Shown here: positions 11,966 through 26,249 of the stretch, piece by piece
How the letters are laid out: the number at the start of each line of letters is the position of its first letter
Numbering within the stretch: the stretch's first letter is position 1
NCBI GenBank assembly: GCA_951406725.2
Contig: OX597838.1
Span: 26,226,001 to 26,290,000 of the forward strand
DNA: 64,000 nucleotides
Source: Octopus vulgaris
Lineage: Eukaryota
Direction: 5' to 3'
The notes under the pieces: model-generated
Databases searched by the model: none
What the model saw: only the letters and a program-made list of their open reading frames with translations
What the model was told of the DNA's origin: nothing
Position numbers and translations under genes: made by a program

Positions 11966-12568
11966 ACTCGAAAATATATATACTCCTGTATATATATTTT
12001 TTGTATACATACATACATACATACATACATATATGTGTGTGTGTGTGTCTATAGTTTTTGTACATAAATGTATGCACACAATACTATATATGCACGTGTG
12101 TGTGTGTGTGTATATTTCGTTTTTGTATTTGGTTTGCAAGGTTCTTTATGTGTATTCGTGTGCTGAAGCATATTTTGTTTTAATGCTTTATTAATTAACG
12201 CACACAGTTCAATTTCCATTCATTTATTATTTGTTTCCAAAAATTTTCGTTGCTTCTTGCAAACTCTTCAATATTTTGGTGACTCAGTCCGTTATCCTAG
12301 CTGCGTTCTTTTCGTTTGTTTCTGCGCATGTGTGTGCGTCAGTGTGCATATGTATACGCATATATATATGTATGTACTGAGATTCAACAACCAGCAGCAG
12401 CAGATTACAGATGATATTCTCGGTACATATATATCAATCATATGACCTCAGAATTATGAGATCCGCACCGGTATCGTGTCTTAACGACGGGAAACTACTT
12501 AACCGAACAAATATGTGAGCATATATATAAATACATACATATGGTATGTATTTATACATATATACATG

Positions 12569-12638
<70 letters not shown>

Positions 12639-12721
12639 TACACACACACATACAAACTTTTATAGATATATATGTATACACATATACATACATGTATGTA
12701 TGTATATATATACATATATAC

Positions 12722-12770
<49 letters not shown>

Positions 12771-12810
12771 CACACCACATACAGACTTTTATACATATAT
12801 ATATGCACAC

Positions 12811-12890
<80 letters not shown>

Positions 12891-14489
12891 CGAGCACACA
12901 CATACAATTCTACAGACAGAGAAGTAGATGGATGGATAGATAGATAGATAGATAGATTGATTGATACAGGCATATCAAACACCATAGAATATAAATTCTT
13001 GATTTATTTAAATCTTTGGGAAAAAGCTAAAGAAAATTTTACTAAATATTCAGACGAGCAGAATTTATTAAAATCTTTTCCTGTAGAGCATGTATCACAA
13101 CTACGTAACGACAGCTCCATTTTGAGAAATGGAGATAATATCAAGACTCAAAAGTTCTCCAAAGTTGAAATGCCCTCAAGGCAGAAGACAGCCTTACGGT
13201 CTAGGGACACTGAGGATTCTTGAATGTTGACGTTATCTACCTTTCTCGAGTGGGGATGGCCATAACTGACATTTGGTAATTAGGGTACATCCTCTAGAAG
13301 AGACGATAATCTTGATAAATCAATAATTTATGTTGTATGGTATTTGGCGTACCCGTATTTCTCTATGATATTCAGTTGTATGCCACTGACCACTTTGAGT
13401 TGTGTTTCTTAGCTCATTTTGGTTTAGATATAAATACATGATAGGGTACTGAAAAGTTCCTGGCTTTAAGGGTGTCGTTCTTGCAATAGGGAACTCATCG
13501 GTGAGATAAATTTGGTTGTTCTGTGTACGTTGCGCAATATATCTTAAATATTATAGCATTCCACATTTTGAAACATGTAAAAAAAATTCGTACTTCTACT
13601 TTTTCATTCTAAGAAAAAACTCGAAAAAAAAAAACCTCCAGAAAATTCTCTTTATGCAGGATAGCTTTTCCAAAGTTTATTTCATAAAAATACAAACTAA
13701 AAAGCGTTTCAAAATGTGGAATACCACATGACGAAAAATAACAAAAGAGAAAGAAAATGTATTGGATGGCTCGTGCTCCAAAATGTACGATGAGGGGTGT
13801 GGATGTTTGGGAAAAAATGGATTAAAAGTATTATTTTAAAGAAAGTTTGCTTGAGCGCTTTGAAATGTGGGACTCATAAAATGTGGGAAAAAGCTAAAGA
13901 AAATTTTACTAAATAGTCAGGCGAGCAGAATATGAAATACGTGGAGGAATAAAAGTGTGTTTGTTGAAGAGATCAATCCAGTAAGCAATAAAGGCAATGA
14001 GAGAGGGAAAATGGTGTATCTTTATACAAAACGGGGAGCATTAGAGAGGTAACATGACAAAATAACATGGCAAAGAATAAGAAGAACGACAAAGATAGAA
14101 AAAGTGAGAGAAAAAAGTGAGATGGGGAGAAAATTGTGTGAAATATCAAAGCAACTTTACTGTTGGAAAGAATAAGGTTATGTGAAAGAGAAAAACAATG
14201 AAGCAAGGGTTGGGGCAGAAAGATTACAAATCACTAAAAGGAGATAGATGTACACCCCGTCATTTTTGACAGGCACTGCTTTAGTACACATGCATGTGTG
14301 TGCGTACAAAGATATGTATGTATGTGGGAGTATATATATATATAGGGAGGAAAAAGATATAGATTTCCAGAACTACACTTATTTTTATTGCAAAAGACGA
14401 CTGCGAAGAGCTTCAAATAGTTTTGGACTAATGTGTAAACATCTGGCACCACGCAGACGCGCCTAAACATACATAAAATGCGCTCGCAG

Positions 14490-14531
<42 letters not shown>

Positions 14532-14631
14532 ACATACACACACACACATACACATACCATATGGACGGTTTCAGGTAAAAAGACATTTTACGTTCAAGTA
14601 ATAACAGTATAAACAGATAAAACAAAGAATA

Positions 14632-14691
<60 letters not shown>

Positions 14692-14750
14692 AAAGATATG
14701 ACAAATATCTGCTACGATGCCGTATATTTCCTGCCAGTTTTCCATACCAT

Positions 14751-14756
14751 ATAATG

Positions 14757-14832
<76 letters not shown>

Positions 14833-14840
14833 TAATAATC

Positions 14841-14914
<74 letters not shown>

Positions 14915-15108
14915 TAATAATGATAATAATAATAATAATAAATGTTCGATGTTTCTGTTCGTTGTTGTCCTTGTTGATCATCGTGTTTTCGTCCCGTCTC
15001 TTCTTCTTCTTCTTCTTCTTCTTCTTCTTCTTCTTCTTCTTCTTCTTCTTCTTCTTCTTCTTCTTCTTTTCATTCTCCTTCTTCATCCTCATCATCAGCC
15101 TCATCGAC

Positions 15109-15139
<31 letters not shown>

Positions 15140-15185
15140 CTACCTTCATCATCATCATCGTCTTCTTCATCATCATCATCACCAC
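14751..15185. repeat. Compound (TAA)n-(TTC)n-(CAT)n microsatellite
   Basis: Directly visible. Confidence 0.95.
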
Positions 15186-15663
15186 TATAGTTGTTCTTTC
15201 TTCCTCTTCTCCTCCTCCTCCTCCATTCCCTCTTCTGTACCTTCCTCTTCTTTCCCTTCTTACTATATCTTGTTGTTTCTGAGTTATGCCGTTCTCTATC
15301 AATCATTATACTGTCCGCCCTTTCCGTCATTTGCCGACACCACCACCACCACCACCACAACAACAACAAGAACAACAACAAAATTACTAACGCTGCCGAC
15401 CTTAAAACGACATGAGAGCCTCCCACACAACATCAACACCGGCGGCGCCGCCACCAGCGACAAGACATACACCCAAATGTTTTTACCTTTTTGCTATGTT
15501 TCTTCCCAAAAGACACAACTTCCTCGCGAATAAAAGAAAGGGCAAATATTTTGGCTGATATTTCAGATTAGGATTCAGGCTTTTATTGCACCTAAAGGGT
15601 GAGCATGAATGTGTATATCTATCTACCTTCCTATATATCTACCTGCCTGTCTATCTATCTATC

Positions 15664-15708
<45 letters not shown>

Positions 15709-15740
15709 ATCTATCTATCTATCTATCTATATATCTAGCA

Positions 15741-15786
<46 letters not shown>

Positions 15787-15824
15787 AATATATCTATCTA
15801 TCTATCTATATATCTGTTTGTCTG

Positions 15825-15890
<66 letters not shown>

Positions 15891-16222
15891 AGTCTCTCCG
15901 TATACATATATATATATCAGTTATTGTGTATATGTGTATATATGTGTGCACATACACATGCGCACACACACACATACAGATGCATATGCATACGCATACA
16001 TACCTACACATACATACATACATACATACATACATACATACATACATACATACATGTATATATATATACCTACCAAGACACATATATATGTATGACTTCT
16101 ACGTGTTTCAGTCATTCAGTGAGTGAGCTGGGGCCATCCTGGGGCACCACTTTAAAGGGTTTAGCCGAACGAATCGACCTAAAAACCTATGAGCGGGAAT
16201 TAAACGGCAGCAGCCCGACATC

Positions 16223-16449
16223 GTGAAGTATATTTGCCGCCTAAATGTGGCTGACCCTTATGGGACAATGCTACTGTAGTTTATAGCCCCAGGAAGACAT
16301 CTCCTCTAGCTGGCTAATGACACACTGTCTGAGCCCGATCAGTATTTGCAAAGGAAAATCATCGTTCCCATCTCGAGCCTGACGTGTGTGTGTGTGTGTA
16401 GCATCGTCCCATATGGGTCAGCCACATTTAGGTGTTATATATACTTCAC
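16223..16449. mobile_element. Short element with ~50-bp terminal inverted repeats (MITE-like)
   Basis: GTGAAGTATAT...CCTAAATGTGGCTGACCCTTATGGGACAATGCTA pairs with TAGCATCGTCCCATATGGGTCAGCCACATTTAGG...ATATACTTCAC. Confidence 0.75.
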
Positions 16450-16450
16450 C

Positions 16451-16509
<59 letters not shown>

Positions 16510-16680
16510 AGTGTTTGTGTATGTGTTTGTCCTCACCACCGCTTGACAAACAAGAATGATGGAATAAGTGTCACGCTTTAGAAAAAGTAAGTAACGGCGT
16601 CTGTTCATTCGATTAAAAACATTTCAAGGCGGTGCCCCAGCATGGCCGCAGTCTAATGGCTGAAACAAGTAAAAGGGTAG
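16510..16680 (+). mobile_element. SINE A 3' half, diverged
   Basis: CCGCTTGACAA...CAGCATGGCCGCAGTCTAATGGCTGAAACAAGTAAAAG. Confidence 0.8.
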
Positions 16681-17356
16681 ACAAGATAGAAAGGTATCAA
16701 AATAAATCTTAAAACGAAAGAATGCTACGTCTGTCTCCAGTCTATCGAAAAAAGGAATAATTGTCAACAAGGACGCATCCCATTATAACGAAGCTTCGCG
16801 TGAAGCAGCTTTCCCGATAAGCTAATGCATGCGGCGGAGGATCCACCACCTTAGCTCCAAAACCAAAAAGATTTGGAAAGAGAAAAGTAATTTGATTCAG
16901 TCTTCCATTCCATTTAAATGATTCCATTATGTCACGAATTAACCAACATTACGCAGGAACTCACAGGTTTCATAAACACTTTGATACCATAACATCAAGG
17001 TTAGCTCTAATGTTGCACACTACAACAGGTAAAAACATGCACACACACCCAACAGTCCAACCTGTAACTCTTGAAATTCCACGAACTGCCCACTAGTGTG
17101 TTCCTGATCCTTAAAGGTTGTGGGCTACAGGGCTACCCTCATACTATCCGATGGCACCACTATACACTCTACGGTGGGAAACAAGCAATGATTTAAAGGA
17201 AAATTTATGCAACACATTCACTCCTTCGAATGTAGGGGCAAAGAAAACCCCACTTCTCTGCTCTTTCATCTGGTACCTCTGAGACTAATGGAACGACTTC
17301 TCCAATATTATATGAAGTATCCTTGACAGAGACCCCTCCTTGTCCCCTTGGATAAC

Positions 17357-17493
17357 TGATACTAATTTTATCGACCCCGAAACAATGAAAGGTAAAGTCG
17401 ACCTCGGTGGAATTTGCACTCAAAACCTAAATGCAGGCGAAATACCACTAAGCACTTCGCGTGGCATGCTAACTATTCTGCCAGCTCACCACC
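17357..17493 (-). mobile_element. SINE B, diverged
   Basis: TTATCGACCCCGAAA..ATGAAAGG...TTCTGCCAGCTCACCACC. Confidence 0.82.
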
Positions 17494-18219
17494 TCTATAT
17501 AATATAATATAATAATATATGTGAATGTCTGTGTATCAGTGTGTCACATTTTTTCAACTTTACTCCAAGAGGTTGTAGCCCAGCGTACCATACCATTTTG
17601 GAAACAGGCTGACTCCATGAGTAAATTAAAAACATTCCGGGTTGAATTCGAACCCACAATCCTGAAATTTTAGATTCCCAAGTTTTCATTACTGTGATTG
17701 TTTTCGGCGATTTTTTATGTGACTTTTTGCGATAAATTGTTTGGTACGATAACAATTCTTTATAATCTAAAGGCTGACTGCATGAGTAAATTAAAATCAT
17801 TCTGGGCCGAATCTGGTCCTTCAATCCCGAAATTTGGGATTCCCAAGTTTTCATTACAGAGATTGTTTTCGGTGTTTCTTTTACGTGATATTTTGTGACA
17901 AATTTTTTGTACAACAATTTTTATAATCTAAAAGCTAACTCCATGAGTAAACTTAAAATCATTCTGGGCCGAATCCAGACTTGCAATCCTGAAATTTTGG
18001 ATTCCTATGTTTTTATTACTAAGACTGTTTTCGGCGATTTTTTTACATGTTTTTTTTTTTTTTTTTTTTGCGACGAATATGATCATCATTGGGATATGAC
18101 TCTGGAGGAAGCAACTGCAAGAAATTCTCCAAAAACAAGTCATAGATTTGTTTGCAGATCTTCCAATTCAGGGGCAGTAGCTTAAAAGCTATATACTAGC
18201 TTAAAAGCTGCCTAGCTAG
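17494..18219 (+). mobile_element. Non-autonomous Helitron-like element with ~165-bp internal tandem repeats
   Basis: 5' TCTATATAAT; 3' GGCAG...CTGCC hairpin then CTAG|T. Repeat unit CATGAGTAAA(T/C)TAAAA recurs at ~17616, 17781 and 17942. Confidence 0.68.
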
Positions 18220-18541
18220 TGCATATATACATACGAGGATTAAAATTCGTCAAGCTGCTCTATCATACATATATACAGATAAACGAACTGAAAGACGTTG
18301 TGTAGTCTTCCTTCTCAGTAATGTAACAGAAATGCATTTTTTGAAGCTCCTCCGCCCCCCCAACCATCTTCACAGCTGCTGTTACTGCTACTGCCACTAC
18401 AGGTACATCTGCTGCTGCTGCGACTACTACTGCTGTCGTTACTGCTGCTGCTGTTACTATTTTCGTGCTGATATTTTTTACTGCTCTTCACCAAGTTTAT
18501 TGTTGTAGTTCATATTAATATTAATATTATTACTATTGCTA

Positions 18542-18928
18542 GGGAAGCACTCCGTCGGTTACGACGACGAGGGTTCCGGTTGATCCGAATCAACGGAACA
18601 GCCTGCTTCGTGAAATTAACGTGTAAGTGGCTGAGCACTCCACAGACACGTGTACCCTTAACGTAGTTCTCGGGGATATTCAGCGTGACACACAGAGTGA
18701 CAAGGCCGGCCCCTTGAAATACAGGTACAACAGAAACAGGAAGTAAGAGTGAGAGAAAGTTGTGGTGAAAGAGTACAGCAGGGATCGCCACCATCCCTTG
18801 CCGGAGCCTCGTGGAGCTTTTAGGTGTTTTCGCTCAATAAACACTCACAACGCCCGGTCTGGGAATCGAAACCACGATCCTATGACCGCGAGTCCGCTGC
18901 CCTAACCACTGGGCCATTGCGCCTCCAC
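18542..18928 (-). mobile_element. SINE D, full-length
   Basis: Reverse complement of the 8090 copy; 11-bp TSD TACTATTGCTA at 18531-18541 and 18929-18939. Confidence 0.94.
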
Positions 18929-19009
18929 TACTATTGCTATACAAGCTACACGACCGGATGTCAGTGATCATCATCATCATCATCATCAAAATTATTATCA
19001 ATATTGGCC

Positions 19010-19110
19010 ATAGCTTGGCAACGTCGGTCAAAATTTTTAGCGGCCTTTCGCTCGCCTTCACTTTCGGAGTTCAAATTCCACCGAGGTCGACTTTGCCTTT
19101 CATCCCTTCG
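19010..19110 (+). mobile_element. SINE B 5' part
   Basis: GAGTTCAAATTCCACCGAGGTCGACTTTGCCTTTCATCC. Confidence 0.8.
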
Positions 19111-19761
19111 GCACCATGCCCTTCGCTCTCTTCAGCTCTCTAATACTTTCCTGATTATTCTGGCCGTGCCAAGGAGGCAAACCTTTTTGTAACAGTTCAA
19201 CTGGGCACTCTATTCCAGTTTCCTTTATATTCACCTTGGTGCCTTTTGATACTGTTCCCAAGGACCGACCCAACAATAATTGGCACTATCTTCACCTTCT
19301 TCATTTTCCATAGCCGGGCTATTTCGTACTCAAGAGGGTAGTATCTATCTGCCTTTTCGCCTTCCTTCTAGACTATTCGTGGGTCGACATCAACTATATA
19401 GCATGTGTGGTGTATCTTGTCCATCACCACCACCGCCACTAGGTCCGGTCTGTTATAATCTAGCACCTGATCTGTTTGCATTGGGAAATCCCAGAGGATT
19501 TTGCTAGCCTCCGACTCTGCCGTTTGTGCTCATATCACGTCATTCCTCTCTCTAGCCCCCACCTTTCGCACAGTTTCCAATGGAGCAGTTGCTCTACCTG
19601 GTCGTTTCGCCACACCTTGTTGTGGTTTTGGGCAAGTCTAGGGCATCCGTTCGTGATATGGGCAATGGTTTCATCCACTCCATTGCAGATGCGGCACGGC
19701 AGAGACACTTGCTCATTCCTGAGGGTGACCCTTCAGTTCGTGGCCAAAGCTTGGTCTGGCG
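19111..19761 (-). mobile_element. R4/Dong-clade non-LTR retrotransposon 3' fragment (CCHC zinc knuckle plus RLE), pseudogenic
   Basis: Translation: CRICNGVDETIAHITNGCPRLAQ...KILWDFPMQTDQVLDYNRPDLV...YEIARLWKMKKVKIVPIIVG...LLGTARIIRKVLES* (stop 19132-19134). The 5' end abuts a (TAA)n run. Confidence 0.88.
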
Positions 19762-19834
<73 letters not shown>

Positions 19835-19851
19835 TATTATTTTTATTATTA

Positions 19852-19905
<54 letters not shown>

Positions 19906-19922
19906 TATTATTTTTATTATTA

Positions 19923-19965
<43 letters not shown>

Positions 19966-19997
19966 GGTTATTTTTTCGACCCAATGGAAAATAAATG

Positions 19998-20028
<31 letters not shown>

Positions 20029-20112
20029 TTATCATCATTATTATTATTATTATTATTTTATCATCATCATCATCATCATCATCATCATTATTATTTTTAT
20101 TATCATCATCAT
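19762..20112. repeat. (TTA)n/(CAT)n microsatellite
   Basis: Directly visible. Confidence 0.95.
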
Positions 20113-20295
20113 CAATGCTTAGCGGCATTTCGCCTGTCTTCCTTTTCTGAGTTCAAATTTCGCCGAGGTCGACTTTGCATTTCATCCTGTCGCTGTCGAT
20201 AAAATAGATACCAGTTAAGCACTGGGGTCGATGTAATCGACTTAAATCCCTTCGCTTCAAATTGCTGGCCTTGTGCCAAAATTTGAAACGAATAT
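20113..20295 (+). mobile_element. SINE B, 5'-truncated
   Basis: Core GAGGTCGACTTTGC..GTCGATAAAAT..TACCAG; tail GGCCTTGTGCCAAAATTTGAAAC. Confidence 0.85.
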
Positions 20296-20829
20296 GAACC
20301 GTAGTTGTCAAAATTGTCATCGTCGCTGTCGTCATCATCAACATTATCATCATCATCATCAACATCATCACCATCACCATCCTCATCATTATTAACATAA
20401 CACTTCCATCAGCACCACTTCCACCATCACCACCACTATTAGAATTATCAACGTCGTCGTCGTCGTCTTCATCATCATCAGCATCATTATCGTCGTCGTC
20501 GTCATCGTAATCAACCCATCTTCATTATCACACCACTTCCAACACCGCCATTACCACACCCACCACCACCACCATCCCCAACGCCACCATATTTCTCGGC
20601 GTCGTCGTCATCGCCGTCATCACCTCATCACCAGCAGCTGTTCAGTGAGCGAAAAAGCCTGTCTCCATAAATGGTGGTGCATACTTTCTAGCACCTGGTG
20701 CATACAGAGATACGTACCTACATACGAACACGCATACATATACATATCTATATACATACATACATACATACATACATACATACATACATACATACATACA
20801 TACATACATACATACATACATACATCTAT

Positions 20830-20922
<93 letters not shown>

Positions 20923-20954
20923 TATATATATATATATATATATATGCATATGTA

Positions 20955-20985
<31 letters not shown>

Positions 20986-20997
20986 CCTGTATATATA

Positions 20998-21034
<37 letters not shown>

Positions 21035-21118
21035 ATACGCTCTAGGGCATTACATTAGCTGCATCGATTTGCTTGACACGTATATATCTACATACATATA
21101 CACATACACACCTAAATA

Positions 21119-21150
<32 letters not shown>

Positions 21151-21315
21151 CATATATATATGTATATATACATACATATACATATATATTTATATATATA
21201 CACATATATATACATGTATATGTATATATATATATGTATATATATACATATATATTTGTACATATATATATATATATATATATATAAATATATAAATATA
21301 ATTGCAGCGTGGAAA

Positions 21316-21366
<51 letters not shown>

Positions 21367-21651
21367 AATTCACGTACGTTTTCTGTATATTTTGAACATA
21401 GATATGTGTGCGCACGCACGTGAATTATACGTTAACACAAAGTTAAATATAAATGTTAAATGTATGTATGTATGTATGTATGTATGTATGTATGTATGTA
21501 TGTTACTATTTGGTCTTTCTGTATATGTCTATTAGTACGTCGATTAAAGCACCATCACCGTTTGGGCTACCTCATGACATCTAGAAAAGCGATATAATTT
21601 TCACTGGATCTACGTTATTAAATCGACGGTTTTTCTTGAGTTTATAGTTGA

Positions 21652-21765
21652 TAAATGAAACGAAAGCTGGATATAGCACGAATCTTTATTCAGCACGACG
21701 ATCGTTTCAACACATCATAATGCTGAATAAAGTTTCGTGTTAAATCCATCTTCCGTTTCCTTTAT
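21652..21765. repeat. Inverted-repeat hairpin with hammerhead 3' half in the loop (Penelope-like remnant)
   Basis: CACGAATCTTTATTCAGCA pairs with TGCTGAATAAAGTTTCGTG. The minus strand of the loop reads GAAACGATCGTC. Confidence 0.65.
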
Positions 21766-21833
21766 TAACTAACCACATGTGAATCGTAGGCGATTTTTTC
21801 CCTCCGTCTTCTCTTTCTCTTGGACTCTCCTCT

Positions 21834-21868
21834 GTTTCTGAAGAAGAGCTTTCTTCGAAACGTAAAAC
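21834..21868 (+). ncRNA. Minimal Penelope-type hammerhead motif
   Basis: GUUU-CUGAAGA-a-GAG cuuuc UUC-GAAA-CG-UA-AAAC: 4-bp helix I, weak helix II, 2-nt palindromic helix III remnant. Confidence 0.5.
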
Positions 21869-21966
21869 CACTTTTCTTTTCTTCCCTGTGTGTCTACTAA
21901 TACTTTACATGTCCACGTCCTCGCGTTCTTGTTGTTTGTTTTTGTTTGCTCTTCGTTTTTTGTATT

Positions 21967-22019
<53 letters not shown>

Positions 22020-22591
22020 TGTGTATATATATATATATATATATGAAAGTATGCATATACGCATATATATATATGAATGTATGCATATAAGCATATATAT
22101 ATGTATGCACACATCGCATGACACCCACAAGTTTTGTAAGATTATGCAGTAACACCTCGGATGCCTTGTGGAAAATATGAACGCGTTCTAGAAAATAATG
22201 TCCGCAAGGTTACCATTACATCAGTTAGCCACGCATGATGAGCTTCCATCCCTGGTTATTATTATCCGTGTCGGATGTTATGCATCGTTGAAGTATACTC
22301 TGGCAGCGACCGAATCATTCCATGGAGAGTATGACTGACGGTATAACCGGGTTTTGAATGTATTTATTGATGCACTAAACAGTAATGCCGCAGCGTCAAT
22401 GCAATCGGAAACATCAAGCTGCACCCTATTGTTCCCTGTAAGGAGAAAGAAAATGGACAATTAATACCCAGATATAATTGCATATGTTTGTATGTGCGTG
22501 TATGTGTCTGTGTGCGTATGTGTGTGAATGAGTACAGTTATGTAAATATGTAATGTTTAGTCACTGGAGACCATAAGTGGAAATATATATC

Positions 22592-22623
<32 letters not shown>

Positions 22624-22649
22624 AAGAGAGAGAGACATGTTCATGTACA

Positions 22650-22683
<34 letters not shown>

Positions 22684-22920
22684 CATGCAAACTTACATAC
22701 TCATGTGTATATATCATATACATAGACATACACACACATACATACTTACATATATATTTGAGTAATTGAATGAATTATCTTATTACGGATAATTCGAAAG
22801 ATAACCGATACCTGGGTAGCAAATTCACATCAGAAAGAACACGGTTGAAGCTACGTCGCTAGGGCATAGACTACGTGTCTTCGTGCGGAAATTTGTATGT
22901 TTATTTTAAAATTATAAGTA

Positions 22921-23055
22921 TACTTAGCGGTTCGGCAAAAGAGGCCGATAAAATAAGTACTGGGCTTACAAAAGAATAAGTCCCGGGGTCGAGTTGCTCG
23001 ATTAAAGGTGGTGCTCCAGCATGGCCGCAGTCAAATGACTGAAACAATTAAAAAA
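22921..23055 (+). mobile_element. SINE A 3' fragment
   Basis: CTTAGCGGTTCGGCAAAAGAG...GACTGAAACAA. Confidence 0.88.
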
Positions 23056-23111
23056 GAAAAAAAAATATGAAAGAATGGAGTTGAACGAACTCCATTCTTT
23101 CATATACTTAC

Positions 23112-23143
<32 letters not shown>

Positions 23144-23695
23144 TTATGTATATCATACATGATTGTGATGTGTGTGTGTGTGTACACCTAGTACATATGT
23201 ACACGGGGAGGCAGACAGACGGACGGACAGAACCATTGAGGTTTTCACTTCCTATTTTTCTCTAATTAGGTTTTTATATAACTCATTTTTTCAATTTTAT
23301 ACGTTTCAATCTGTCTAGTTTCCAGATTTATTACGTCAGTCGTCGAGCACATCAAGGACATGCTACCCTCACACAGATGTCGAACATAGCGTTCTACGTA
23401 CCTACCCGCATATGTGAGAGAGAGAGAGAGAGAGAGAGAGGGCGAGAGAGAGAGAGAGAGGGCGAGAGAGAGAGGGGAGAGTATGTGAGCGAGTGCGTGT
23501 GTATGTGTGTGTATGTGTGTTTGTGTGTGTGTGTGTGTGTAGGAGGGTTATGTTTGAGTAGAAAGTTTGTAAATATCTTGAACACCTCCCAGCGGCTTCC
23601 CTTTTAAAAATCACACGTGATATATATGTATATGTGTATATATAGCTACATAAATATATACATACGTAGGTATATATACATATGATATATATATA

Positions 23696-23758
<63 letters not shown>

Positions 23759-23981
23759 ATATCATATATATATGTGTGTGTGTATGTATGTATGTATGTG
23801 TGTATGTATGTATGTATGTTTCACACATACTTCCCGAAATTGATTTTAATTTTCATGTGTTTATATATCTATATATATATGTGCTATATATGCGTGTCTC
23901 TGTGTATGTATATGTGTAAGTACATAAATATATATGTACGATATTTTTACAGAGTGAGAGAAATAGGCAGATATACATACG

Positions 23982-24036
<55 letters not shown>

Positions 24037-24227
24037 ACTCACACACACACCACATATACATATCAATATATGAAAGCACACACACACAGACATACACGCT
24101 CAGAGATACACAAACACACACTTCTTAATACCCAATTAATTTCAGTTTACCGATTCTCTAATGGTGTAATAGAGAATATTATATAAAGTTTGCCAGACAC
24201 ACACCAATAAACATGTAAAATATAAAG

Positions 24228-24423
24228 GAACGAGGTGGCAGAATCGTTAGAGCGTCTGAGAAAATGCTTTACGTTTTGAGTTCAAATTCCGCTGAGGTTG
24301 ACTTTGCTTTTCATGCTTTCGGAAGTTGATGTAATAACTACCAGTTATGCACTAGGGCCGATGTAATCGACTTAATCCCTTTTTCTGTCCTTGCTTGCCC
24401 CTCTATGTTTAGCCCCTTGTGGG

Positions 24424-24425
<2 letters not shown>
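24228..24425 (+). mobile_element. SINE B, diverged (followed by a SINE A head at 24456-24515)
   Basis: TGGCAGAATCGTTAG...GTTTAGCCCCTTGTGGG. Confidence 0.85.
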
Positions 24426-24458
<33 letters not shown>

Positions 24459-24567
24459 CGCAAGAGTGGTTGTGTGGTAAGTAGCTTGCTCACCAACCAC
24501 ATGGTTCTGGGTTCAGAACTCGTTACTTCATGTAACTTACACAAACACACACACACATTTATATATA

Positions 24568-24616
<49 letters not shown>

Positions 24617-25087
24617 GAGAGAGAGAGAGAGAGAGAGAGAAGGTTAATCAGAGATCGACAATAGCAAATAAACTTCGAAACGGAACCGCCCCGTTATCCA
24701 AAACCATTTCTATTTTCCAGAGGAATTGTGTAACTATTCTCCCAAGAATATTCCTGCAGCTCAAGGATAAGTAATACACATACATACACACACACACTTG
24801 CTGTCGTGCGCACGCATGCATATACACTACGTCACATACACACACACGCTGTCGTGAGCACGCTGCTGCATACATATACCGCATCACACACACACACACG
24901 CACACACATACACACTCGCCGTCATGGGCACGCATGCACATACATACACCATGTCCCACACACACACACTCGCCGTCGTGCGCACGCATGCACGCACGCG
25001 CGCTCACATAATTCTCTGCATGTAGTAGATTCTGCCGTTGACTTCGTCGTATGAAGGTTTCACAGCCCTTATTATAATTGTCAAGTA

Positions 25088-25305
25088 GACAGCGAGCTGG
25101 CAGAATCATTAGCATGCCGGACGATAACGCTTAGCGGCATATCGTCCATTTTTACGTTCTGAGTTCAATTTCCGCCGAGGTCAACATTGCTATTCATTTT
25201 TTCAGAACCAATATAATAAGTGCCAGTTGAGTATTGGGGTTGATGTAATCGACTTATACCTCCCCTAAAATTGTTGGCCTTGTACCAAAATTGGAAACCA
25301 ATATT
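25088..25305 (+). mobile_element. SINE B, diverged
   Basis: GCGAGCTGGCAGAATC...GGCCTTGTACCAAAATTGGAAACC. Confidence 0.85.
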
Positions 25306-25751
25306 ATAGCCGTTCTGAATATCTACACGGATTATTTTTTTTCAATGATAAAGGTTTTTGTAGGACCAACTGCTAGGACAGAATTGATATAAACGTTTGT
25401 CACAAACCCGATGAACAACAGGCCTCAGGCTTTTATAGTACAATTCTCCATCTCCTGGGTTTAGTTGCGTTCGATATGGCTGAGGGCCTGACCTGTTCTC
25501 GTAAGCTAAATGCACATTTCGGCACCAAACCAAAAATACTGGCGTATATATACATCACCTATTTAATTGGATGGTCTTTCACACTTTTGAATTCATCCGC
25601 CCTCGACGGGTTTGGTTTTTTATTCCGTAGGGTGTCCCAAAACCACCATACTATCCAAGCAAATTTAGTTCCTGACAGCCTGACTATGCAACAGGTTGTA
25701 CTGGATTACATGTTACGAGTAGCACTCGAGAGCGATCTGTAACTATATCTA

Positions 25752-25800
<49 letters not shown>

Positions 25801-25801
25801 G

Positions 25802-25844
<43 letters not shown>

Positions 25845-25888
25845 CTATATCTTTCTTTCTGTCTATCTATCTATCTATCTATTTATAA

Positions 25889-25930
<42 letters not shown>

Positions 25931-26175
25931 ATAAAAGTATATATCTATTTATAAATTTGTAAACACACCTGAAGGTCGTAAATTACGGAAAAGAGCGGCC
26001 ACATAGGTCTTTTTATAATAACTGTAATTATATATTGTTTTATAACAATAATGTCTGAAAAAAACATGGGCCGAACCGGTGGGAATTGAACACGACATCA
26101 ATACTTACAAGGCTCCGTATGCGAACGTATATTATTATTATAAAAAAATAATATATAATTACAGTTATTAAATAA

Positions 26176-26249
<74 letters not shown>

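Noticed and set aside
12236-12277. Minus-strand UUGAAGA-stem-GAAA motif (and CTAATGA...GAAACGTT at 801-830)
   Set aside because: Core mismatches and no convincing helix I or cleavage triplet; at best decayed remnants.
25342-25742. Short ORFs in unique sequence (63 aa and 88 aa)
   Set aside because: No recognisable motif, stops upstream in all frames I read, and no clear splice pair.
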